Counted from the first letter of the stretch, positions 7,924-17,688 are shown. The stretch: DNA of 33,215 bases from Candidatus Nanoanaerosalina archaeon (GCA_022729275.1 JALDAH010000003.1:1-33215); one strand, 5' to 3'. The notes: generated by a model from the letters alone, not told the origin. Translations and numbers: made by a program.

Positions 7924-10023
7924 TTGAACACCAACCAATCGAAACAGGTGTCAGCCTTCAAGAACAAAAAAATAGTTACTTCAGCACTACCTTACATACA
8001 CGGCATACCGCATTTAGGGAACATCGCAGGTTCTCTATTACCTGCGGATATATACAGCAGATTTTTGGATGTTGTAGGAATTGATAACATATCTATTTGT
8101 GGATCAGATGAACATGGAACACCTCTAGAGCTTGCAGCTATAGAAGCAGGTGAAGAACCGGAAAAATACTCTGATAAACAGCATGAAATAGTTAAATCAG
8201 TTATAAAAGATTTTAACATCGATTTCACGCTTTATGGGAGAACTCATACTGAACAGAACCGGGAACAGACTCATGATATGTTTAAAAAGCTTTACAGGAA
8301 CGGATACCTCGTTGAGAAAACACAGGAGATGGCTTACTGCATAAACTGTGAGAGATTTCTCCCGGACAGATACATTGAGGGAGAATGCCCTCACTGTGGA
8401 GGACTAGCAAGAGGAGATCAATGTGACGAACAGGGATGCGGCAAACTCCTGGAACCAGAAGAATTAATAGAACCTTACTGCACCATTTGCGGAAAGAAAG
8501 ATATAGATTTCAGGGATACCAAAAACCTTTATCTGAAGCTTTCTGAGTTCGAAGAAGAGCTAAAGAACTGGATGGAGAGAGGAGATCATGTTCCGGACAA
8601 TGTAAAAAAGGAAGTGATAAATCTGATAGATGAAGGTCTAGAGGACAGATGCATTACCAGAGATATTTCATGGGGTTTTGATGTACCGACTCAAGAGCTT
8701 GAAGGGCTTGACTGTGAGACTTACAGAGAAAAAGTTCTCTATGTATGGTTTGATGCTCCTATAGGATACATTGGTATAACAAGACAGTACTTCGAATCCA
8801 TAGGAGAAAAAGAAAAGTGGAAGGATTACTGGAAGGACGGTGGGGCTGAAACAATATACAGCATAGGCAAGGACAACACCATATTCCACACTATTATATG
8901 GCCATCAGTTCTCCTGGGTCAGAGAGATAGCTACAACCTTCCGGACTACGAATTCATACACCAGTATCTTCTCTCAGGTGATGTGCAGTTCTCCAAGTCA
9001 AGAGGGACAGGACTTGATGGAAGAACAGCTATAGAGATGTTACCTGCGGACTATTGGAGATATTACTTAGCTGCAACCCTTCCAGTTGGCCATGATTCTA
9101 GGTTCTCTTGGAAAGATCTTGAGGCTAAGATAAACAACGAGCTAAACGATACAGTAGGAAACTATGTTAATAGGGTACTGTCTCTTTCGGAGAAATGGTT
9201 TGAAAACAAGGTGCCCAATAAAAAACTTTCAACACTTGAAAAAGACTCTAAAGAGTTTTTATACGGTGAAAAAAGTGTTTCAGATTTAGTTGATAGATTC
9301 ATAGACTCGATAGAGAACGAGAAGAACTTGAAAAAAGGTATTGAAATAGCTGTCTCAATCGCGAGAAAGGGAGATGAATTTCTTTCAAGGAAAGAACCCT
9401 GGAACAACGAGAAAATAAGGGATGACGTGATATTTGCGTGTCTCCAGACTTTGAAACCGTTAGCTGCAACACTTTATCCCTATATTCCGGAATCTTCGTC
9501 AAAGATATGGGGTATGGCAGGATGCGAAGGCAGAATTGGGGATGGTTCGGACCATCTGAACGATTTTGTGAAAAAGAAAGATCTTCTGGAACCCGGGAAA
9601 CCGCTTGGAAACAAGGAGATACTTTTCGAGAAGATAGATGTGGAACAACTTAAAAAAGAGTTGGATGAAAAGAAAAACGAAAAAGGTGATGATATGGTAG
9701 AGATAAGCTTTAAGGAATTTCAAAAGATGGATATAAGAACTGCAACCATAAGAAAGGTTGAGGAACATCCCAATGCGGATAAACTTTACATTTTAAAGCT
9801 TGACGTTGGAGACGAGATCAAACAAAGCTGTTCAGGTCTAAAAGGGCAGTACACACCTGAAGAACTTGAGGAAAGAAAAGTGGTTGTTTTAAACAATCTG
9901 GAGACAGCTGAATTAAGAGGCGAAAAATCAGAAGTGATGGTTCTAGCTGCGGAAGATGAGGAGGGAAATGTATCGCTTTTGAAGACTGATAGAGAGATGG
10001 AAGACGGAGTAAAAGTGATCTGA
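7924..10023 (+). CDS. metG: Methionine--tRNA ligase with C-terminal Trbp111-like OB domain
   Basis: TSALPY...HLGN, Zn-knuckle cysteines, YVWFDA, QFSKS, HPNADKL. No ATG near the start, so the start is TTG 7924 or GTG 7948. Confidence 0.96.
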   Translation: MNTNQSKQVSAFKNKKIVTSALPYIHGIPHLGNIAGSLLPADIYSRFLDVVGIDNISICGSDEHGTPLELAAIEAGEEPEKYSDKQHEIVKSVIKDFNIDFTLYGRTHTEQNREQTHDMFKKLYRNGYLVEKTQEMAYCINCERFLPDRYIEGECPHCGGLARGDQCDEQGCGKLLEPEELIEPYCTICGKKDIDFRDTKNLYLKLSEFEEELKNWMERGDHVPDNVKKEVINLIDEGLEDRCITRDISWGFDVPTQELEGLDCETYREKVLYVWFDAPIGYIGITRQYFESIGEKEKWKDYWKDGGAETIYSIGKDNTIFHTIIWPSVLLGQRDSYNLPDYEFIHQYLLSGDVQFSKSRGTGLDGRTAIEMLPADYWRYYLAATLPVGHDSRFSWKDLEAKINNELNDTVGNYVNRVLSLSEKWFENKVPNKKLSTLEKDSKEFLYGEKSVSDLVDRFIDSIENEKNLKKGIEIAVSIARKGDEFLSRKEPWNNEKIRDDVIFACLQTLKPLAATLYPYIPESSSKIWGMAGCEGRIGDGSDHLNDFVKKKDLLEPGKPLGNKEILFEKIDVEQLKKELDEKKNEKGDDMVEISFKEFQKMDIRTATIRKVEEHPNADKLYILKLDVGDEIKQSCSGLKGQYTPEELEERKVVVLNNLETAELRGEKSEVMVLAAEDEEGNVSLLKTDREMEDGVKVI

Positions 10024-10329
10024 TTATTCGGATCCAGGATCTCCGGTTCCATTTATTCTTTTCTTGTACTTTTCCTTGACTTTTTCAAGAGCTATATCCA
10101 GATCTATGTTTAGGCTGTTTGCCAAAGCTATAAGAGAAAAGTAGAGATCTCCAAACTCCTCTTCTAAATACTCAGTTTTTTCTATATCTTTATCGCCGTA
10201 CTCTGTCTGAACTATTACCTGCTTTGCCACCTCACCAAGTTCGGATACAAGGTCAAAAAACCTGTATTCAGGTTCTATGTACAGACCGTAATGTTTCATG
10301 AAAATATCTATCTCTTCTTGTTTTCCCAT
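10024..10329 (-). CDS. MazG-like nucleotide pyrophosphohydrolase
   Basis: LVSELGEVAK and EEEFGDLYFSLIALAN (ExxE...EExxD). Confidence 0.9.
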   Translation of the reverse strand: MGKQEEIDIFMKHYGLYIEPEYRFFDLVSELGEVAKQVIVQTEYGDKDIEKTEYLEEEFGDLYFSLIALANSLNIDLDIALEKVKEKYKKRINGTGDPGSE

Positions 10330-10382
10330 AGAAAAGATTTGTCACGAATGATTATTAAAAATTACACAAGAAAAACTAAAGA

Positions 10383-11159
10383 GTGATCGAATTGGAGTTG
10401 ACTTTTCTTGGTACAGGCGGCTGCAGGATTTGCATGTTAAAACAGAGGAGACAGACAGGAGGATTTATTTTAAGGGATAAGAGCTTTATGATGTCGGTGG
10501 ATCCTGGTCCAGGAGCTCTTGTATATGGAATAAAAAAAGGTTTAGATCTCTCTAAACTCAACGCCATCTTTGTTTCACACCCTCACTTAGATCATGAAGG
10601 AGACGCTGAAGCAATGATAGAAGCTATGACAGGAGGATGCATGGTGAAGAAAGGTTTATTGATATCGAATAAAGACTATCTTTCAAGAGAACCGAAGTTC
10701 GGTTCTATAAGCGATTACCACAGAAAAGCTGTTGAGAGGGAACTGATTGTAAATGACGGGGATTCACACGTATTTGAAGAAAATCTAAAGATAGAATTCA
10801 TCGAACTTCAGCATAAAAACGTTGAAACAACAGGATTCAAGCTTTCCAGGGGTGGAAAAACTTTTTCATATATACCGGATACATCTATGTTTGAAGGAAT
10901 AAAAGAAAAATATTCTGGGAGCGACTACATAGTTATAAGCTGCCCAAGAACTCACAGGATAGAATGGAAAGGTCATCTAGGACTTAAAGATGTTGCTGAA
11001 CTTGTTGGTACTATAGAACCTGAAAAAGTATACCTCAATCATCTTGGAGTAACTTTTCTGGATAATATAGAGGAGGAGAAAGATTGGTTAAAGGAGAAAG
11101 GAATTTTCGACAGGGTTATAATACCGGATGATAACCAGACATTTCATATAAATATCTAA
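10383..11159 (+). CDS. Metallo-beta-lactamase fold hydrolase (PhnP/tRNase Z-like superfamily)
   Basis: FLGTGG, VDPGPG, SHPHLDH, YIPDT, GHL, LNHLG. Confidence 0.88.
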   Translation: MIELELTFLGTGGCRICMLKQRRQTGGFILRDKSFMMSVDPGPGALVYGIKKGLDLSKLNAIFVSHPHLDHEGDAEAMIEAMTGGCMVKKGLLISNKDYLSREPKFGSISDYHRKAVERELIVNDGDSHVFEENLKIEFIELQHKNVETTGFKLSRGGKTFSYIPDTSMFEGIKEKYSGSDYIVISCPRTHRIEWKGHLGLKDVAELVGTIEPEKVYLNHLGVTFLDNIEEEKDWLKEKGIFDRVIIPDDNQTFHINI

Positions 11160-11167
11160 TTTTCTAA

Positions 11168-11356
11168 TTATTCATCGAATAATTCTTCGACCTCTACTTT
11201 TATCTTGTCGAGATACTCATGTATTTTCTCCAGTTTTTTCTCTTTTGAGCTTGAGCTCTCTCCACTGCTCTCTTTTTTCAGCTCTTCTGCCTTTTCTAAG
11301 AGATCTTCCGTTTTTTTCAGGTGATCATCTGCCGAACCTTTTTTATTATCTGTCAT
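11168..11356 (-). CDS. Small charged hypothetical protein (62 aa)
   Basis: ORF fills the gap between genes; ATG 11356; K/E-rich and helical. Confidence 0.55.
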   Translation of the reverse strand: MTDNKKGSADDHLKKTEDLLEKAEELKKESSGESSSSKEKKLEKIHEYLDKIKVEVEELFDE

Positions 11357-11516
11357 GTTGGAAAGTTTGTTCCAGGTGTTTAACAAATTTTCCTGTTCAA
11401 AAGGAAAAATACGGTGTGAAATATTAAGATATGTTAATGAAAGCAGGGATATTACAGTAATTATAAAAAATCTGGTTTCCAGGTTTTAAACAGGAAAAAT
11501 TCAAGGTGCAAGACTT

Positions 11517-14132
11517 ATGACCGATGAGATCCCAAAGAACTACGATTCCGAAAGAGTCGAGAGAAAGTGGAGGAAGAAGTGGAAGGATATGGGTATATAC
11601 GCCTATGATCCTAACTCAAATAAACCAACATATTCTATAGATACTCCTCCCCCATATGTGTCAGGTGATCTGCACGTAGGTCATGCTATGAGTTATACTC
11701 AGGCAGAGTTTATAGCTCGTTACAAGAGGATGAGAGGTTTCAATGTTTTCTATCCTATGGGTTTTGATGACAACGGATTACCCACCGAGAGATATGTAGA
11801 AAGAAAGTTAGAACTTGACAAACATGATATTGGTAGGACAGAGTTTATAAAGAAATGTGTGGATGTTACGGAAGATGGAAGGAAAAATTACAGGAATATA
11901 TGGGATCTTCTAGGGATATCTGTGGATTGGAACCTTCTATACACCACTATAAGCGATGAATCTCAGAGGGTTTCACAGCTATCTTTCATCGATCTCTACG
12001 AAAAAGGCCATATGTACAGGAAAGAGGATCCTGTTATATGGTGCCCGAACTGCAAGACAGGCCTTGCACAGGCTGATATAGAGGATGACGAGAAAAAAGC
12101 ATATCTTAATCATATAACTTTTCCCTTCGTCGATTCTGAAGAGAAACTTGAGATTTCTACCACCAGACCCGAACTGCTTTCATCATGTGTCGGCGTGTTT
12201 GTGCATCCCGAAGATAAAAGGTATTCCGAAGTCGTGGGTGAAAAGGTTGAGGTACCGATATTCGGTCAGAAAGTTGAGATAAGAGAAGATCACAAGGTAG
12301 ATCCCGAATTTGGTTCAGGAGCTGTCATGGTATGCACCTTCGGTGACAAGACAGATATAGAATGGTGGAAGGATCATGGATTGGATCTGAAGATTTCGAT
12401 AAACGAAGATGGAACCATGAACAAGAGAGCAGAGGACTATCATGGGCTAAGGATTGAGGAGGCTAGGGAAAAGATAGTAGAGGATCTAAGTTCTGAAGGC
12501 TTCATTAAGGGAAGGGATAAAATTTCACATGCTGTCCAGGTACATGAGAGGTGTGACAGCCCAATCGAATACTATCTGGCAGACCAGTGGTTCGTTAATA
12601 TGCTCGACAAAAAGGAGGAACTGAAGCAGAGAGCGGAAGGAATCAACTGGTATCCAGAATTTATGAAGAAAAGATTTGATGAATGGACAGATGGTTTAAA
12701 ATGGGACTGGTGCGTATCCAGACAGAGGTTTTATGGAGTACCGTTTCCTGTATGGTACTGTGATGATTGTAATGAGATAATACTTGCTGATGAAAAAGAT
12801 TTACCGGTTCAACCGAGTGAAGAACCGCCTTCAGTAGATGTATGTCCTGAATGTGGTAATGAAAGCTTTGAACCAGAGACTGATGTGATGGATACATGGT
12901 ACACATCATCGTTGACACCGCTTATAAACAGTCATTGGAGATCGGAAGAAGAAAAAAAAGGAATATACCCCATGGATTTGAGGCCTCAGGGATACGACAT
13001 CATAAGGACATGGGCTTTTTACACGATTCTTAAGAGTCATTTACATACTGATTCTATACCGTGGAAAGACATAATGATTTCAGGTATGGGAATGGCAGAA
13101 GAAGGAAAGTCGTTCTCAAAATCCAAAGGAATCGTTGTTCAACCCGAAAAGATAGTTGAAAAATATTCAGCCGACGCTCTTAGGTGGTGGTCCTCAAAAG
13201 TAAAGCTCGGCGAGGACCTTGTTTTCAGGGAAGACGATCTGGTTGCTGGACAGAAATTAACAACAAAACTTTGGAACGTTGCAAGGTTTTTGAACCAGTT
13301 CATAGAGGAAAGACCGGAAAAACCCGAAGATATAGGTGTTATGGACAAGTGGCTTTTAATGAAACTTGATGAAACCATTGAGGTAGCCACTGACTGGTTT
13401 GAAACTTACCAGTACAACAGATCTAAGGAAATAGTTAAACAGTTTTTCTGGCATGATATGGCAGACAATTATCTTGAGATTGTTAAGAAAAGGCTTTACG
13501 ATGGAGATGGAGCAGCTAAATTTGTCATGTACCGTGCATTCCTCGATATTTTGAAGATGATGGCTCCTGTTATGCCATTTATCACGGAGGAGATATACGA
13601 CAAGATGTACAGTGAAAACGAGAACAAGGAATCCATCCACAGTGAAGAATGGCCTGAAAAGTTAGAGGCAGGGTTTGAACATGAGTATGAGACAGGAGAG
13701 TTAGGTATAGAAGTTATTTCAGCTTTTAGGAAATACAAGTCAAGGGAGAATATGTCTCTAAACCATGAAATAACCGAGGCCAAAGTTTTTGGTCCTAAAA
13801 ACCTTTCAAAGGTTAAAATGGATATCAAGGAAGCTATGTCGATCCAAAATTTGGAGTTAAGCGATGAAGAACCTAAATTAGAACGGAAAATTAGTTCCGT
13901 AGACCTTGATTACTCGGTTGTGGGACCAAAATACGGAGAAAAAGTCAAGGATATTGAAGAAAAGATAGAGACCATTTCAGAAGATGATATCAAGGAAGGG
14001 AAATTAGAAATAATGGGGACGACACTTGTTGAAGGAGAAGAATTTGAGGTCGACAGGAAATACAGTTTGAAAGGAGAGAAAGGAGATATAGTTCAGACGG
14101 AGAACTGTGTGGTGCTGATAAACAGGAAATAA
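11517..14132 (+). CDS. valS: Valine--tRNA ligase, archaeal type
   Basis: DTPPPYVSGDLHVGH, TTRPELL, WDWCVSRQR, DVMDTW, SFSKS; SD AAGGTG. Confidence 0.97.
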   Translation: MTDEIPKNYDSERVERKWRKKWKDMGIYAYDPNSNKPTYSIDTPPPYVSGDLHVGHAMSYTQAEFIARYKRMRGFNVFYPMGFDDNGLPTERYVERKLELDKHDIGRTEFIKKCVDVTEDGRKNYRNIWDLLGISVDWNLLYTTISDESQRVSQLSFIDLYEKGHMYRKEDPVIWCPNCKTGLAQADIEDDEKKAYLNHITFPFVDSEEKLEISTTRPELLSSCVGVFVHPEDKRYSEVVGEKVEVPIFGQKVEIREDHKVDPEFGSGAVMVCTFGDKTDIEWWKDHGLDLKISINEDGTMNKRAEDYHGLRIEEAREKIVEDLSSEGFIKGRDKISHAVQVHERCDSPIEYYLADQWFVNMLDKKEELKQRAEGINWYPEFMKKRFDEWTDGLKWDWCVSRQRFYGVPFPVWYCDDCNEIILADEKDLPVQPSEEPPSVDVCPECGNESFEPETDVMDTWYTSSLTPLINSHWRSEEEKKGIYPMDLRPQGYDIIRTWAFYTILKSHLHTDSIPWKDIMISGMGMAEEGKSFSKSKGIVVQPEKIVEKYSADALRWWSSKVKLGEDLVFREDDLVAGQKLTTKLWNVARFLNQFIEERPEKPEDIGVMDKWLLMKLDETIEVATDWFETYQYNRSKEIVKQFFWHDMADNYLEIVKKRLYDGDGAAKFVMYRAFLDILKMMAPVMPFITEEIYDKMYSENENKESIHSEEWPEKLEAGFEHEYETGELGIEVISAFRKYKSRENMSLNHEITEAKVFGPKNLSKVKMDIKEAMSIQNLELSDEEPKLERKISSVDLDYSVVGPKYGEKVKDIEEKIETISEDDIKEGKLEIMGTTLVEGEEFEVDRKYSLKGEKGDIVQTENCVVLINRK

Positions 14133-14193
14133 TTTTTTGGGATTATAAAAGCTTGAAGGATAAACAAATCCTTTGAGAGGTAGAACCGTAGAG

Positions 14194-15420
14194 ATGGTAA
14201 TGAACAAACATCAACTTTCAAAAGTACTTGAGGAGCTTTCGGAGTACCGAGGAAGAAATACAGAGCTTGTTAGCTTGTACATTCCTCCTGGATATGATAT
14301 AAGGAAGATGATACAGTTCTTGAATTCTGAACAGTCTGAAGCGCAGAACATAAAGTCCAAAAATACCAGGAAGAACGTTGTATCAGCTCTTGAAAAAATG
14401 GAGCGCCGTCTCAAGGAGGCGGGAGAAGTACCCGAGAACGGTGTCGCTCTTTTCGCCGGAAACGTTTCCGAGCAGGAGGGCAGACCGGATATACAGATGT
14501 GGGAGGTGGAACCACATGAACCCATCGAGTCACGTATATACAAATGCGACAAGGAGTTTCAGATAGAACCTCTACAGGATTTTTTGATAGACAAAGAAGT
14601 ATATGGAATGATATGCCTGGATAAATCTGAAGCCGCCATAGGTTATGTCAGGGGAAATCACTTGACAGTTGAACACACGCTTGAATCCAAAGTACCTGGA
14701 AAAACTACTAAAGGAGGTCAGAGCCAACAAAGGTTCGAAAGGATCAGGGAAAATCTTTATGACACTTTTTTGAATCAGATCGCGGACAAAGCCAAAAAAT
14801 CTTTTCTTGAAAAAGCCAGGGAAGGAGAACTACTTGGTCTGATTGTTGGTGGACCTGGGTTCTCCAAGGAAGACCTTACGGAAAAAGATTACCTTCCTAA
14901 AGAGCTTCTGGATAAACTTTTGACCACTATTGGAACCAATTATTCTGGAGAAGAAGGTTTGAAAGAACTTCTAAACAAGTCGGAAGATATAATAGAGGAA
15001 TCAGAGGCTATAAGGGAGAAGAAAAAAGTAAACGAATTTCTTGTTAATCTTAAAAAAGAGAACGGCCAGTCCGTTTTTGGACTAGAAGATGTTGCCAAAG
15101 CACTTCAGATGGGAGCTGTGGAAACGCTTTTAATATCAGAAGATTTTGAGAAGAAGGAGGCCAAATTTGAATGTCCGAGTTGCGGTAAAAAAGATGTTAA
15201 ACACATATCTGAATTTGAAGCTGAGGAAGAAAAGCATCCCTGCCCCGAATGTGAATCCACCATGGACCTTATAGAGAAGGAGGATGTTCTGGAGATGTTT
15301 CAGAAAAAGGCAGCTCAGATGGATTCATCGGTTATGTGGATTTCCAGGCAGCACGAGGAAGGCGAGAGAATGTGGAAGATGGGAGGCGTAGCAGCCATAC
15401 TGCGTTACAGGATAAGGTAA
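14194..15420 (+). CDS. prf1: Peptide chain release factor aRF1
   Basis: NIKS, YKCD, GGQS motifs, Zn-finger insert CPSC...CPEC; start ATG 14194 or 14200. Confidence 0.97.
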   Translation: MVMNKHQLSKVLEELSEYRGRNTELVSLYIPPGYDIRKMIQFLNSEQSEAQNIKSKNTRKNVVSALEKMERRLKEAGEVPENGVALFAGNVSEQEGRPDIQMWEVEPHEPIESRIYKCDKEFQIEPLQDFLIDKEVYGMICLDKSEAAIGYVRGNHLTVEHTLESKVPGKTTKGGQSQQRFERIRENLYDTFLNQIADKAKKSFLEKAREGELLGLIVGGPGFSKEDLTEKDYLPKELLDKLLTTIGTNYSGEEGLKELLNKSEDIIEESEAIREKKKVNEFLVNLKKENGQSVFGLEDVAKALQMGAVETLLISEDFEKKEAKFECPSCGKKDVKHISEFEAEEEKHPCPECESTMDLIEKEDVLEMFQKKAAQMDSSVMWISRQHEEGERMWKMGGVAAILRYRIR

Positions 15421-15426
15421 TATGGT

Positions 15427-15744
15427 TTACCTGACCTTTATGCCGTAAATTACGGTCATGATACCTTTTAGACCCAGGATAACCCCGAATATCCGTGAAA
15501 AATGGATCATGTAACCTGAATAGGTCGTCGCGAAATACATGGTTGAACCCGCTACAAAATCTATTATACCTGCAAAGAATGATATAGGTCCGAACCATAT
15601 TTTGATTTTTAGTATTGAGGTAATACCTCTAAACAAGATAAAAGCTGCGACCAGTGCTTTTACCCATCCTGGCATCCAGAAATCTCCCAAGAAAAACACT
15701 ATTGCTGCCGGTATGTCTAGGTATCCTAACATTTTCAAAACCAT
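15427..15744 (-). CDS. Small multi-pass membrane protein
   Basis: 3-4 hydrophobic segments; co-oriented and adjacent to the NYN gene. Confidence 0.7.
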   Translation of the reverse strand: MVLKMLGYLDIPAAIVFFLGDFWMPGWVKALVAAFILFRGITSILKIKIWFGPISFFAGIIDFVAGSTMYFATTYSGYMIHFSRIFGVILGLKGIMTVIYGIKVR

Positions 15745-15759
15745 ACTATTTTTATTTGA

Positions 15760-16224
15760 TTACTTTGTATCTATTATCACTGTTTCATCAACAGCGTTTT
15801 TTAGAGCTGTTGAAAGTCCTTGGTTTACACATACTATAGCTGTATCTTTGTTGTTCTCCTTAGCTTTTTGTATAACAGGTAGAAAGTCTGTGTCTCTAGT
15901 CGCTAAGGCTATTATGTCTATGTTTTTGTTGTAAACGGATTCCATCACTTCGACAGCCATGTAGACATCGACGTCTTTTTCTTCTTTGTCCTCTCCTGCC
16001 ACACCGACTTTAGGTTCAAAACCCTGTGATATCACAGCTTCTACAAGTTTATCGCTTGCATACTGGTTAAGAAATACTTTGCCGATTTTTAAGTTTCCTA
16101 ATGATTCGCATCCTTCTCTTAAATCATCTAGATCTATGTTAAATTCGTTTCTAATTATATTTGGTCCATCTACAAAAACAGCGACATTTTTTCTTTTACT
16201 GGTATCTTTGAAAAAGTCTAACAT
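15760..16224 (-). CDS. NYN domain (LabA/DUF88, PIN-like) protein
   Basis: VFVDGPN, KDVDVYMAVE, ATRDTDFLP, ALKNAVD. Confidence 0.92.
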   Translation of the reverse strand: MLDFFKDTSKRKNVAVFVDGPNIIRNEFNIDLDDLREGCESLGNLKIGKVFLNQYASDKLVEAVISQGFEPKVGVAGEDKEEKDVDVYMAVEVMESVYNKNIDIIALATRDTDFLPVIQKAKENNKDTAIVCVNQGLSTALKNAVDETVIIDTK

Positions 16225-16435
16225 AATAGATTATTCCCGAGAGGTTTTTTTAAACATGTCTCTTTTTCCACTACCTCCAAACGAATATTATAGGCTAAAA
16301 CAAGTGATATAAAAGGTGTATTTGATAACATATGTAGATTTTTGTTTTATAGTAACAACAAAAAACAGCCTAACAGGGTGAGATAGTTATAAAAGGAAGA
16401 TTGACTAAAAATTGATTAAATAGAAGAGGGTTACA

Positions 16436-17035
16436 ATGACGGAAAAAGGAGATCTTGATCCAGACATGCAGCATATCAAAGATACTGTTAAGGGTAAAAA
16501 AGAGGAAGAAGAGGAAAATAAGGAGGAAATCAGGGAAGAAGATTACTATGAAAAATCTGAAGACGATGAATATTACGATGAACCTGAGGAAGTAGAGATA
16601 TCCGAAGAAAATGGAGAACCACTGGAAGAGATCGACAAAGAAGAACCAGAATTTGAGGAAGAGTCAGAATATGAAGAAGAAATCGTGGAAAAGGAACTTC
16701 CCAAACCACCTGGAAGAAGAACTGAAGGGGAACCTGAAGATGAGAAAGAGGATAGTTCAGAGACTGATGAAATGCTTGTTCCAGAGACAAAGAAAATAGA
16801 TGTACCGGATATAGAGAAAGGTCCGCTTTTCATAAAGGTTAAAAAATTCAAAAAAGCCAAAAACACTCTTCAAGACATGCATGATATCAATGATAAGCTT
16901 AGAACGAAAATGAGAGGTCTTGAAAGTACTCTTGATGAAGACAAGATGAACAGCCAGGAAGTCCAAGATTTCCTGAAGGATCTTGAAGGTTCAATGGGAT
17001 CTATCAAAGAGAAAGTGGATCCTGAATACAGATAA
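16436..17035 (+). CDS. Hypothetical protein: highly acidic disordered N-terminus plus C-terminal coiled coil
   Basis: E/D-rich for about 120 aa, then GPLFIKV and a heptad-like helix; SD-like GAGG upstream. Confidence 0.8.
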   Translation: MTEKGDLDPDMQHIKDTVKGKKEEEEENKEEIREEDYYEKSEDDEYYDEPEEVEISEENGEPLEEIDKEEPEFEEESEYEEEIVEKELPKPPGRRTEGEPEDEKEDSSETDEMLVPETKKIDVPDIEKGPLFIKVKKFKKAKNTLQDMHDINDKLRTKMRGLESTLDEDKMNSQEVQDFLKDLEGSMGSIKEKVDPEYR

Positions 17036-17090
17036 ATATTTTCTCTGGAAGAGAACGTTTTATAAATTTTAAGTTATAAATCTGATTAGA

Positions 17091-17126
17091 ACCGATGACG
17101 CCCAAATAGTGGCATAAAGAGGTGTA
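17091..17126 (+). promoter_or_regulatory. Putative kink-turn in the rpl7ae 5' UTR overlapping the Shine-Dalgarno
   Basis: ACC-GAT-GA-C-GCC...GGC-ATAA-A-GA-GGT gives a C-stem ACC/GGT, a 3-nt bulge and tandem G.A/A.G pairs; TATA TTTATAAA at about 17059-17066. Confidence 0.6.
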
Positions 17127-17134
17127 AATCAAAG

Positions 17135-17497
17135 ATGAGTTATACAGAATTTGACGTCCCAGAAAGTCTTGAGGAAAAGACATACGAGGCAATCGAGAAA
17201 GCAAGGGACACTGGAAAAATCAGGATTGGAACGAATGAAACAACGAAATCTATCGAGAGAGATAATACGGACATAGTGGTTATAGCAGGAGATGTCGAAC
17301 CTGCAGAAATAGTTATGCACATACCAGCTCTTTGTGGAGAAAAGGATATAACATACACTTTTGTGGGAAGCAAAGAAGAACTGGGTATGGCAGCAGGAAT
17401 AAATGTACAGACTGCTACAGTAGCTATCTCAGATTCAGGGAGTGCAAAGGATGACGTTGAAGAAATAATAGAAAAAATAAAAGAATTAAAGGAGTGA
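17135..17497 (+). CDS. rpl7ae: 50S ribosomal protein L7Ae (eL8)
   Basis: GKIRIGTNETTKSIER, IAGDVEPAEIVMHIP, SKEELGMAAG. Confidence 0.97.
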   Translation: MSYTEFDVPESLEEKTYEAIEKARDTGKIRIGTNETTKSIERDNTDIVVIAGDVEPAEIVMHIPALCGEKDITYTFVGSKEELGMAAGINVQTATVAISDSGSAKDDVEEIIEKIKELKE

Positions 17498-17503
17498 TGA
17501 ACC

Positions 17504-17686
17504 ATGGCAGTACCAGCAAAAGTTGTTCAGATACTGAGAAATAGTGGAGCTAGAGGCATCTACAAGATAAGGTGTAAAGTGATTGAGGGCGAAGAAGAAG
17601 GAAAGATTCTTGTCAGGAACGTAATGGGCCCTGTAAGAGAGGACGATGTTCTTATGCTCAGAGAAACAAGGATGGAGGGAAGATAA
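17504..17686 (+). CDS. rps28e: 30S ribosomal protein S28e
   Basis: PAKVVQI...RNVMGPVREDDVLMLRET; conserved order after rpl7ae. Confidence 0.95.
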   Translation: MAVPAKVVQILRNSGARGIYKIRCKVIEGEEEGKILVRNVMGPVREDDVLMLRETRMEGR

Positions 17687-17688
17687 TC

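Noticed and set aside
13108-13127. ValRS SFSKS (and MetRS QFSKS, GluRS ISTSK) in place of KMSKS
   Set aside because: Within the normal variation of class I synthetases; the catalytic Lys is retained
14151-14176. Hairpin AAGGAT-AAACAA-ATCCTT between valS and prf1
   Set aside because: Short, AT-rich and single copy; cannot be distinguished from chance or a simple terminator
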